Assembly: GCA_051294905.1 (NCBI GenBank)
Contig: CM119385.1
Location: 14,043,001 to 14,076,000, forward strand
Origin: Botryllus schlosseri
Lineage: Eukaryota
Length of the DNA: 33,000 bases
Direction of reading: 5' to 3'
The translations under genes were made by a program, and so were the position numbers. A model generated the notes under the pieces. It did not search any database, was not told where the DNA came from, and was given only the letters and a program-made list of their open reading frames with translations. Of this stretch, positions 8,513 to 20,947 are shown in pieces; the first letter of the stretch is position 1, and every line of letters begins with the position of its first letter.

Positions 8513-11500
8513 CGAATAGTATAATACAGATTAAATTGTGCGATAACAAAGAGGTGTAGATTCGTAATCGTCTGAGTCGTAATTACACGCTATTGACGCC
8601 AATTCATCGTCTGAGACAGTCGTAAACAATTCATATGCGAATATTTTGAACGTTAGTAGCTATCATGATCGACTAATTTAACATTGGCCTCATGTTTAAT
8701 GGAAAGCATGAACCAAATCCACGCGTTGAACTTAAAGTTTTCACTTGAAGCGTCATATAAATGGACCTGCCAAGCTAAGTCCACTCTGAGTCGCGGGAGC
8801 ATGAACATGACACGGCACTGATTATAAGAATATATGTATCTAGAAATGCACAGATTTTTAGTTCCCTGACCCATTTCTCCGACTTTTGCCGACTCATTTC
8901 TTACTTAAACTACGGGGCCGTTCGTCCACATTCGCCGCTCGCAACGTATCAATTTCTGCGAACGTCAGAAATTCCTCTCCGACCCTGGCGTATTTATCTC
9001 AGGGGATTTCTGTTGCAGCTATAAATATGCGATGCACCAGAGCCCAAAACTTAAAGGTAAACCAATAGAGTTCTCACCACCTTGTAAGATTGCAGTTGCG
9101 GTGAAGCCATACTCAGTCCGTCCCAATTGCCTCTCATCATCAGGCTCAGCGACATGATAACCAATTCCAAACTGTATTCGAGATTCAGATATCGCAACAA
9201 TACAAAATATTCGGTAACCTGTTCGAAATGATGAAACGTAAGTATTTGCAAGTCTGATTTACAACGTTACTTCAAAATCGAGTATCGTGGTTTTCGGTGA
9301 TATGCAGAGTTATTGGAAATACGTTGTATTCCAAAATAGTAATATCATAGTCGACAGATCGTTGCTACATTAGACGATATAATTCCTGATCCTTACGGCA
9401 ACATGACTAGCGTATTTATGTCGCGTGAAAATGAATTCCTCCCAAATTTGCCTCTGCGATGACTACGCGTCATAAGTTGCGGTGTTTAGCGTTACAAATG
9501 CGTTAATTCCGCTTATACTTTGTCAGTGAGCGCTGAAGTTAACTAATCCGACTAACGCCATATCGATAAAGACCACTCTTTGATGGGATGACCGTTCTTT
9601 TGTGAGAGATTGTTTGAAAAAAGATGCCGGGATCATTCTCTCATTTTCTCCTGTCCGTGCATTGTTTTGTATTGCTAGAGAATTAGTCGATACAATGTTT
9701 TATGGAATCGGCACCATCACCGCGAAGTTTCTGCGAGAAAAAAGTTAGGATTGAAATCATCTTTTAGGACTTTATAATCATACATCACGTGTTGGTTTGA
9801 AATCCAAGTTAAAATGAAGTGTTTTAATAAATATTGAGTAATTGAATAGTATATTCATATATTGAAATGAACTGAAACATTTTCGGTTGATACTATTCAA
9901 ATGTATATTGGAGTTCTGTACTTTCAAGAAGCTTTTCGTATATTTAGTATGGACTCTCTTACGATGTTGGCAATGCTTTTTTTTCGCTTCGTAAATTTGT
10001 TATGCCGCAAAACATCGCACACCTGAATATTTTAATGAATATAAAGCGAACAAATTTAAAGTCAAAAGAATATTAGTTTTCCCGATGGTCGTTTGCAACT
10101 GCATTCATATCGAATTTTAAATTGAATGCAGACTTGACGCGTGCAGACTTTTTAGTCGTAAGTGACGCAAAGTTGAACGTTAACACACACTTTTGCCATT
10201 GTTTAGTTTTCTCACAAAAACATCGTTACTGTATCCAAGTACGTGAGGGCAATACGTAGATCTACTTTGTAACACGCGTATCATGGCCTCGTTTTTCCGA
10301 AACCATCATTAAAATCAACTGAGTAAAAGACATTACTGTATATAGATGACAACCGGAGGTTGACTTAAAACAATGCATTATAGAATTCTTTTTTCAGCAT
10401 GTTAGTTTCTGCGATTCAATTATTGTGATGGACATCACATGCACGGGATATCACGATCTATTAGTAACCACACATCAATAGAATTCATGACATGATAACC
10501 TTGTCGTGATTCTACGAAAATCATAATCTATCTGTGCAACAAAATTCCGTTTCGTCATATTCGGTATGTTGCGATACGGAGCAGGTACGACGAATGCCCG
10601 ATCGTCCGTGCACAACAGGGACGCTTTCTCGGGGAGGTGCGACGAAATGATGTATTTTCGTGACAACGCCACCCGTGCATGCAGGGTCACTACTTTACGC
10701 AGTCGGTGTATATTTAGGTCTTTGCAGAGCAGATTCAAGAAAGATTCCGTCTAACAATCACTTTCCCAGTGCGGCATAAATATATGAATAATATAACGTA
10801 TGTACGACTTCACACATACGTCATGCAGTGTATACGATTAACGCCATTTATCACAATCGATTCCACAATTGTTCCAAATAATTGCACAGACCTGGCTCCA
10901 TAACGACATCACCGATATCCGTCCAACCTTGAACGTGAAATATGTCAACAGCACTATATATTGCTTTCATTTCCAATAGCCTCTACTCAGGGGCGCGTGT
11001 CTCATTAGCGCTTGGAGCAGCAACAAGCCAGCCCGCCTGACATGAAACAGTTCACCCCAGTAAGATTTGAATCAAGATGAGCTTGTTCGACCCACCGACC
11101 GGGGATAGAGATCAGAACCATCGCCAAGCGTGATATCGACATTTCAGCTTCTACTATATTAATTTGTATTCTTTGATATTCGGATGTCAGAAAAATTGAA
11201 GTGGTGCGAGACTTATCGTGCAACCCAGCTGTAAACATTCTACCATTCAAAGCAAAGCAATGCTGCAATACTGGTAATTATGTACATCACCATCCTTATT
11301 ACTGGGAGCTTTCACAAAAAGCAGCTCCGGGACGAAGCATACTGTCGGATGTATATCAGCGCCCTGCCTGTATTGAATTTGACTCCATCCACATCCGAGC
11401 GCATTCATGTCATTTGGAATTCCAGATAATCAGCCATCGATGCAAGGACCCATCACGCAAAGGAAGGAAACAAAAGAAGAGTAACAGGTTCTGAAAATTC

Positions 11501-11629
11501 AGGAGTCAGCGATGTTGTTGGAAGATCGCTCCCAGAAAACAATGCGAAGACAAGAAAGGGAAATGGGCCATGACTGGAAGAAGTGAGAAGGAACGGAAGT
11601 TTTTACTTAATAAGACCCTAACTACTTAC

Positions 11630-12303
11630 TTTCTCGGCTATTGTCTTCGATGGTGATCATGCCACGAGCATCGGTGGCTTCTTTCAAAGCGGATGTGGTA
11701 CGAAGGAAGGCAGCCATCGCAGTAATGGTTAAACTTAAGCTGAATTCTCCCGAACGGAGATCTCATAATCGATTAAGTGTCAAAAACATACGGAGTCTGT
11801 ATAAGGTGAAGACTCCGGCCATAAGGACATGTATTAGGTATATTCCGCATTCTTCTAAACGCGGATGCCGTCTGTGCTATTCATTAGAATATGACTCACG
11901 TGAATGTGATACAGTTTGTAACAGTTCGAATTCTTGTCACAAAGGTTGACACTCATTGTACCTTATTTCTTAAAATCGCTATCAAATCGTTGGGCACATC
12001 ATGATACCTTTCATCTATTGAGATGTATGCGACTCTCCGGAAGAACGCACTATCTCGAATCCGATACTGAAATGATGTATTCAATATTATTTGAAAGGCA
12101 TCAAAATTTCGATACAAAACGATACTATTCGTGAATGGCAAATTCATACGTGAGGACCTAGAATATAGGTCTGATGCGCTCTACTGAATATACTGTATTA
12201 GATCACCCATGGACCTTCTTCGAACAAGAACTAATGCATGACTGCGCTGTATAATCTTTGCTTCGGATTGATTGCGCGTGCGTGCAATGCGCATAAGCCT
12301 TGA
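11630..12303 (-). pseudogene. Possible decayed spliced coding relic (four exon-like blocks), unknown family
   Basis: Blocks 12303-12150, 12066-11962, 11871-11792, 11739-11630 joined in consistent phase by AT-rich GT-AG gaps (83, 90, 52 nt); two stops in the first block. Confidence 0.22.
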
Positions 12304-15007
12304 CTAGAAATGGTTGCAAGCATATATATTCATTATAATACAAACCTGTGCCACATCCTAATCATAGTTGATTCAAGAAAACTTTCAATTTGAACCACTT
12401 TAAATTCACGCTCTTATCGTTATCAGTGTTATAGATCTGATCTAGCCATGATCGCGTGAAAACACTACCAGATATCCATCATAAATATTCGGTATTTATT
12501 ATGACATAAAGTTGTTATCAATGTACTTCAATTCAAAAATGGTATACTGAGAAATGAACGCGTGACAGTGCATTTTACGTTCGACTTAATTACGGTTACG
12601 GAAACACAATCAGTACTGTACAGCGTAGTGTAAATGGGGATGAATGAATTAGTAATTAGTTGTCTGATATATTGCAAAATATATCATTACTCCTCTAGAA
12701 AATATGCCTAAACAGAAAATTGAAATACCAGCAGTGAAGTTCTTGCATTTCAAAATGAACAATTTTATGTATATGTAATCGATAATTTCATCCCACCTTA
12801 TAAAGTCGAGCACTATTTGTAAAGTCTCTCAAATAATACCACATTCATCGTTACTGTCACTTTGAGCGAAAACGAAAGTTTTGGTTACCATTTCTACAAT
12901 TTTATTTTTCGTTGAAAGGAGACTTTGCATGGAATACCTAGGATGTAGCGCAGTTCGTAAAATCCGCGATGTCTCGCTCTCACCCTGATACAACAAACGA
13001 TAGACAAAATACCACAACTGATCACAAATTACTTCGATTGCGTTGACAGCTTCCTCTATTTCGTTAACGTCCCGCTATCATATACACATTCCATTCACGA
13101 AATTGGCGTAGTAGAGATCTAAGACCTCAGAATATTGGAACTCTGGATTTGGTGCTACGACATTACTGTAACATTATACGGTATGGGGCAACACGAGATA
13201 CATCGTATCGTTTCAAATATATTGTGACATTAAACAGTATAACGCATTCATCGGGGAATACTGCTGATTATTACATGAGGGTGTTGTTATTGTTTCATCG
13301 CGAAACTTTCTTTAGCCACAACATTGAAAAAAGCATTGAATAATAATTTCGTACTGTTAAACTAAGCAGATACTTGAAGGAAGTAGGTTTCAAACGAGAG
13401 GATGAAGGACATCATATCATTGACTCTTTAGTATATGGTATGACAATATGCATCATGTGGAGATTTGCATTATAAATTACAAAAGCATTGTAATCCAATC
13501 TATGTAAACAGTACTGACAAATTCATTGAATATGTGACTTCGCATAGTGCTGACACTCGTAGAAATCGAGTAGAATAATAAAATACCGGTATTGTCGAGC
13601 AGGATATTGTTTTGTGAGACATGAATCTATGCAAAGTATAAGAATAGGCTTATGTTCTAATTGGCAGGTCACAGAATTACGTTGTTTCCTTAAGTATAGA
13701 AATATGCAAAGGTGTACTCGGTGTCGCATAAATTTGGACAGTCGTGGTGCAGAGGCGGCATGTAACATTACTCTTGCAATATACGCCTATATATACTTGA
13801 ATGGGAAAGCTCTCCATTGAAACCGTTTCCGTTACGAATGATATTTGTAAGAAATCACAGATTCAGCATTTTCCATTTCACCATATGGGTTACAATCCTC
13901 ACATTGCATTGAAAAAGCGCCAGGCTATGCCCGTCAAAGAAGGGTAGATCGACTCGGCAAAACAAAATACACATTTATTACCGGATTAAATGTAGTCAAA
14001 ACAAATTCATGCAGCCTTTTCGGCATAGCAAATAAGCGTAAATGAGTTTGTCAACATGAGTTTTGCGTATCCATGCCTGGGAGCGTGGTATTATCACCGC
14101 AAGCTGAGCGTTAAATCTCATTAACAGTATTAGCTTAGTGAGGGCTCCTTTGATATTTTACTTTGACTTCCTTTTTTATAACTCACCTCAATACTAGACT
14201 AGTTATTCGCCTACTTAACTGTTGTGCGATGAAAAATAGACAAATATTCGGTTACTCAAAAATAAAATGGTATCAGTAATTCCTTCTAGACCTTTTTTCG
14301 AACTTTCAGTTGTTGAAATTGCTATGACTATGTGATTTTAAGTGCATTTCTGTTCATTCAAGCGCGTGTAATCCCTAGTTGTGGGTGTCTTCACTCACAG
14401 ACTGTTTTTGTCGAGTTAATTTCTACGAATGTGCGCTGTCACAAGTTAATCCATGTTACATATCCGCCCGGCACTGCCACAAAACATTGGGTGGTTCTTA
14501 TGACTATTGCAACGCAGTACAAGCGAGCGCCTCAATCGCTGATAGATTGTTAGAAATCTTTAATCTTACTCAGTTAATCTTGAGTGGGGAAATACCGCCG
14601 ACAGAGAACGCGCGAGGGTCAAAAAGGTGAACGCAATCAAGGCAGACATCAAATCGACCTCCTTTCTATCAGTCATAAGAAATTATTAGTAATTACGTAA
14701 ATGCTACTCAAATCATGTTACGATTGATACATGACTGAAATAACCTGACACAAATTTGAAGTAACCATTAATACCCCGACTGCTCCCCAATACATATTAC
14801 AGGATATAGTATGTCGGCCGTTAATAAATGTCTCGCTGGTGTCGTGTATGTAGTGCCAACGAACACAGTAAACGCAATCTAATAGTTTGATTGGTGCTGC
14901 CGTGATAACAATTCCAGTGTTCTTTAGTTTACAGAAACGACCAATTGATAAATCACACACAAATCAGTTTCAACTGACGTCTTAGGCCTCGCTGACTTGA
15001 TTGTGAT

Positions 15008-15522
15008 TAGAGCAGGGCACAATGATTCGAGTACTCGAATCTGAATATAGTATAAATTTTAATGATTCGAGTCGAGTAGTAAAACACGACTGTTTCGAGT
15101 ACTGAAATTATGCGCTCCTCGTCACTGAAAGGTAATTTATCAATGAGAATTATAGTTTCTATACTAATTTTCACTATCGAAGCCTTGAAACCTTGATTGG
15201 TCGTATCGTAGCAAATGAAACATTTAGTACAAAGCTACGAACGTTACTGGAAATAGCTCATTCCTGAAGAGATGATCATCCCACAACATTGTCGTGAAGT
15301 GCAATGAAATAGGTAGGGTCGAAAAAATACCGAAGCTTCTTTAATGTGATGGATAACAAGCATTTATTTTTGTAGTGTCATAAAAGGTACAAATTTGAAC
15401 TTTGACATATTACATTATGTTATGACGTCATCATGAATGATACGCGAATACTCGACTCGACTCGAAGCATAATACGTGATTCAGAATCGAATCACTCAAG
15501 TACTCGATTTTGCCCAGCCCGA
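15008..15522. mobile_element. Non-autonomous hAT-type DNA transposon (MITE), 515 bp
   Basis: Imperfect TIRs TAGAGCAGGGCACAAT / TCGGGCTGGGCAAAAT (reverse complement of right end; 12/16). 8-bp TSD ATTGTGAT (15000-15007) vs ATTGCGAT (15523-15530). Mirrored subterminal TCGAGT/ACTCGA arrays. No ORF. Confidence 0.8.
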
Positions 15523-18500
15523 ATTGCGATCCCACGCCTTCCATATCTTCGTTACGTTGCTGTTGAAGTTCGAATCCCGAGTCGCATTCTGCTGAGTCTC
15601 TGACGATAGTACATGTAGCTGTAAAGTAACTTATCTGTCTTCAGCTGTTGTTTGTCAGACATATTTCTGTACAAAACGTATTAGAAATGAAATACTAAAC
15701 ATGAATTTACCTCTTCAATGAAAAACGCTACGCAGGTTCAAATTTTGTGTCGAAGAAGTGTCCTGGGTGTATTTTGAATCAATTTAAGTCAAGACCACGA
15801 CAATGACATAACGAATCCCGATTCCATAATGCGAGGGCGTGTCGAACGGCTTAATACGAATATCGAGCAAATATTTAGAGGGTGTTTGAGTCAACTTTGA
15901 CACCACATATCCAATAACACCCACATACAGAAGGTTTTAATATAACACACAATGGGAAACAAATTTTCAAATCGTTTTCACAAAACTATGCCTTGAATTG
16001 ACACAGAAGTGCCGAAAATCGAAATGAATCTGGCGTACTGTCACCATCTATTGTCATTGACAAAAAGGCGATTGTGAACGAGTTGAAACAAAATAAATAA
16101 TCTTTGCACGCTATACTGGTTCAATTTCAATTCATCATTTCTTTCGAATGATAGTTCGGGTTGGTTGGATTGTTCAAATGTGTGATACAACTGGAAGATT
16201 TAGACACGATTTGAGTACATTTCTATCTCGTTTTGACATGAAAAGGAGATAAATCTGAGATGATCATCTTCTGTAGCTGTGCAAATAGTACCCCAAGGCG
16301 CTACCTGTGAACAAATACATCACCGCGTGGATATAAAACTATTGAATTGGGGGCGATACCGACCGGTAGGTTGGATCACCATTTTCAATAACTTACCAAC
16401 ATCACAGCGTAAATGTTTGGTTCATAAAGTCACCTTTGATTGTTAAGTCTAATATCAACATTGAAGAACAAATGATAGGAGCAATGGGGGTCGAGTTGAA
16501 GTCAAACGAAACTTAAAAACGTTTTTAAAAGTGAAGATTTTAAATCAAAGTTGTACGAAAGGAGAGTCCATTCTTCCCCCTATATATTGAGCCGCGAATA
16601 CGAACCTTACACAATAGCCTGCACGCATAAAAGAATCATCAGTCAATCATTAGAATTACGCGTTCGAATTTAAACCAAGAACACTGCCTCAATCTATCTT
16701 GCACCCGTTAGTTGTCACTCACCAAACAAAATTAGTACGTTGGTCAAAGTGGATATCGACTGTCTCTTCAACAAAATTGTCTCTCTTGCTACTTGATATT
16801 ATTTCGTACTTACCGCTGTCTATGACCTTGTGTGCCACGGCCCAGGGCTGATACGCGTAGTTTAGCAGAAAAAAGTGACCCGGTTCCAAGCATAGGTAGT
16901 CTGAAGAAAGTCTGTGTTTGTACAGCGTCGCACAATTCATGAAAAATTCGCATCAAGACGCAGTATACATCAGATTGCACTTTGCAGAATTGAATTAAGA
17001 TGGGTATAGTCGTCCGAAGATTTGTTCTTCGCCACAAACATTATTAACACGTTGCAAAATTATTCTCTGTAGCGACAACTGAGCCGTGTGGCATTGAATG
17101 TTAAGAGTGCGTAGCAGTGCAGGACTTTCCTATAATACCAAGTTACATCAACGCAATGGATAACAATTGTGTTACAGTTACAGGCGCACCTCTACCATTG
17201 TGATAGACTGGAACCTCGGCAACAGTAGTTCCACACATTTTGCGAATGGATTCACAGACTACACTGGCGTAATTAAAATAAACAAGGAATATAACCTGAA
17301 ATGGTGTTAGCAATTTATATATAGTGGTCAATCCATCAGTCGTGGTGTTTGTACCGCATGTTGGATACAAGCAAGATAGATCGCGTCTCCGTAGGACCTA
17401 TGGAGAGGTGGTTTAAAATGAATACTTGGACAGTGACGTACGATTTCAATTTAACCCGTCTGAGACACATAGGCTATATGGGAAATGTTCACATGAGTCA
17501 TGTATTGAGGTAAAACACATGAGGGAGCAGGAATCGACTTCATCACTGCACTATACAGGTGTTGTGCAAGTAACCTATTTGGAGATGGAGGATGCTCGTC
17601 ACTCGTCGTAGTACAACTTTGCTGACTGCGACACCAAGTGGATATGTTCCTACAATATAACACGTAATCCGCGCCAACATCGACCAAGAACAAGCTATAG
17701 CTTGCAGAGAACCTGGATCCTAATCTGTCGGAAAGTATGTGTGAGCTGTGGGACTGTAACACTCAACACGGTGAATTGACACATAACTTCACTATACCGC
17801 AAATCTCTAGGCCCTGTGAGGACAATACAGTTAAATTAGATATATATGAACTAACCTAAACCCCAGCTATTTGGGCATGGAGGTATATAATTAGGCATAG
17901 GCACTGGCCTTGACTTGTTCATTATTATAGGGTAATATAGGTAAATTACTGGGTATAATAATAAACTTGATAATAATAAAAAATTGTAGGATCAACTATA
18001 AATGTTCTGCAAAGCAATATAGGCCCGTTTAAAATTTACGACTGTACGATGCATACATGAACATGTGCAAATGAAATAAAAACATATACACCCAACTGGG
18101 AAAACCAGAACAAAATCTCGAACGCATTATGATAGGCCTACCCACTCACCACATATAAGAAATTTGTGCACGGATGTAAAAGTGTCGGTTTATGAACAAC
18201 CTCGCCTATCAACATCATTTTCACCTTTGTATATTTATTCTCATATCCAAAGAGTAGTTAAATTAAGTCCACAGGCGATTCGTGAATTTTTAGTGTAACG
18301 CACAATTAGCGATTTCATGGATAATAATGATGCATTCGGGGGTAAGTCTGGTCCAAAGTTTAACTGCATCGGAATCACTTGCAGCGTGTAAATTGTTAAA
18401 CGACAAAATTGCTTCGATTCGCACCAAAATGAATACAAATAACCCTCTGGAATTGAAACCTTTTGAGTGTAATAATGCCACGTTTTTGTCTCAAGCACGA

Positions 18501-20384
18501 GCAAAACATACATTCTCGATGACACATTGGGAGTAAGGAGTAAGCCTATTACGTATAAAGATTTCACTCATTGTATATACTGTTGCGAATGTTGGGTGAA
18601 AACTCTGCAGCGGAAAGATAGCGTTGGTTATAGCCACGGCCATGTTACACCACAGACGTAGGCTACTAGCACAACTGGCATCCACGGTTTCGTCGCTAGG
18701 CGGTCGGTACTTCGTGGTTGGGCCAAGAGAACAAGAGAAAATGGGGATGATGCTGACCCAATCACCTTGCAGATCCTTGCCCTCTCCATCGTTCCAGCAC
18801 ATCGCTACTGTAGACGAAAATAATATTTTGTTCCACGTCCTCCTATGACCTATATAGACCCCTCGGGCCGAATATCTATTCAACAGGATTACGATATAAT
18901 GTCACGTTGACGATGCTGGCGCCGAAGCCGTATTACTTGGGCAATATCAAAAGCTAGCACCCAATAAAAGTCCATCGGACGCTCCAGGTCTACAATGCCT
19001 GATCCAATATACCACTAACTCGGTCGCCTGAACAATCCCAGGTCTTTAATGTGTACCTGTGGAGAAGGCGTTACCGGCATGTGGGCCATACCCCCTAGAA
19101 GGTCATAAGCCTTGTTCAGGGGGCATGAAAAATGATCACCTCTAAGTCACTACACTATAAGAAATACTGAAATAAAATTTAAATACTACTTCAACAATAG
19201 GCCACATTCTGATTGCAGTGTATTTCTTTGCATTATCGTTACATTTATTATTATTAATATTTTAAAATTTGCGCAATGGATAACCCTGCTCAAGGAAGGA
19301 AGTATGATGAAAGTTATCTTAAGCTTGGTCTTACATATCTACATGACAAAGGAATGTGCAAGACACAATCTGTTTAACAGTTCTGGTTAATGAGTTAATG
19401 AAACGATGAAATGTGAAAAAATATGGGACATTGATTTATCAAAATATTCAAAAGGAGCCACGATATAAAAAAAGAAGGTTGGAAAGCTCTGCTATGGAGT
19501 ACAGGTCTGTTCTTAACCCCAACACGACTTTTGAAGCGCACTCAAACGACACGTGACACGTGTACTCTTTGCCCTAATGAGAAGTATAAGCAGTAATGGA
19601 AAAACCCTTGGCGACACGTTCCTAAATAAACATAAAATGGCTCTTTAAAATACGATATTGTAACATTGGTTTACGGGAACGTTTGTATCAGTTAGCTTGC
19701 TGCATATACCCGCTAGGCGCTATTGCCCATGGAAAACTACTGAATGCTGCCGATTTATCATTAGTCATTTTGTCGTATTGAACATTAGTTTCTTATCGTA
19801 GTGATATCGCATGAATAGATGAAATTCAAACCTGTTACTGTGAATTCGATTATTGCCGTCGTTCTATCCCTTACACAATGAATAAGAAACGCGATTCGGA
19901 GATGTGTCATTGGCATATTGAAGTCATCCATATAGATAATCTGAATACGAACACAAATGCGATTGCATTAGCTTGTCCCCTAGACAATATGCCTTTTTGT
20001 AAAAGGAAACCGCTCACTTGCGTCAACGCTAGGATGAATGCGAGGAGAAAGTAATATGTTCATTTTTCAGTTCTCTTGTTTCCGCCTTATGCATCAATTT
20101 TCAAAAAGCACCACTCAGTTTCTAACTTGACTTTTCGTAAATGATTCTGATCATTTAATACAATTTTCCAACTAGGATCGTATAACCAGCTCACCTCCTT
20201 CCCTTAATACATGCTCCTTTGGATCAGATCAGATCAATGAATAGATATATCAAGTTCCTTCCCTTGTCTTCTATATTATAAAAACGAACACCCCGGAAGA
20301 GCCTTACACGCACGGTCTGTTCATTGAAGCAATTAGAGACATCAGCCTATAATATAATGTTGCAACGTTAGTTTAATCATATCT

Positions 20385-20947
20385 AGGGCAAGTTTTTGTC
20401 GCAGTCAAATCCGTGGAAAGTTGCATTTATTCTTCACAAAAGTTGCAGTAAAAGTTGCATTTAGTTTCCACAAAAGATGCATTTATGGACAAGTTCCTTG
20501 AAAGTGTTAGGGTATGAGATACTCGAATCGATCCGTATCCAAGGCACTGTAGCAAAACACAGCGTTGGCGACTTCAGCTAAGTCAATAGACTGAAACAAA
20601 TTGACCCAGTGAACATATAATTTTCGGCTGTCTAGCCTGAATGTACGTCAAATCAGAAAGGACCTCAAATTTAAACGACAGTGAAAGAATCAAGCGATCT
20701 ATTTACTTATACTGCCAAATATTTCCAGTAAAAAATTAGTTGCATGAAAATTCGAAAAAAGTTGCAAAATATTACATGAAAAATCGAAAAAAGTTGTAAA
20801 AAGTTGCATGGAAAAAATGGAGAAAAGTTGCAATATAAGATTCCTCCAAACAGCTTAAGACACCATACTGCATAACTTCTGAGTATTTAGGAAGCTGCCG
20901 CGGAAGCTGTAAAAAAAAGTTGCAATAGTTTCAAAAACTTGCCAAAT
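20385..20947. mobile_element. MITE-like element, ~563 bp, with internal AAAGTTGCA array
   Basis: Perfect 12-bp inverted repeat GGCAAGTTTTTG (20387-20398) / CAAAAACTTGCC (20932-20943); identical 8-bp flanking direct repeat TCATATCT (20377-20384, 20948-20955); about 10 copies of AAAGTTGCA or 1-mismatch variants. Confidence 0.65.

Noticed and set aside
15568-15576. Pol III B-box-like GTTCGAATC
   Set aside because: No A-box at suitable spacing and no cloverleaf; not a tRNA or recognisable SINE head
16369-16380. GGTTGGATCACC (and CACCTCCTT at 20192-20200) resembling the 16S rRNA 3' end
   Set aside because: Short isolated matches 3.8 kb apart with no surrounding rRNA similarity
18520-18600. GVRSKPITYKDFTHCIY resembling the Polinton/Maverick polB C-terminus
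   Set aside because: Weak, short resemblance; no polB catalytic motifs or other Polinton genes nearby
19550-19562. Tandem CACGTG E-boxes
   Set aside because: Two hexamers alone are insufficient evidence of a regulatory element
20417-20924. AAAGTTGCA array as a CRISPR-like repeat-spacer array
   Set aside because: 9-bp unit, irregular low-complexity spacers, eukaryotic context, no cas genes
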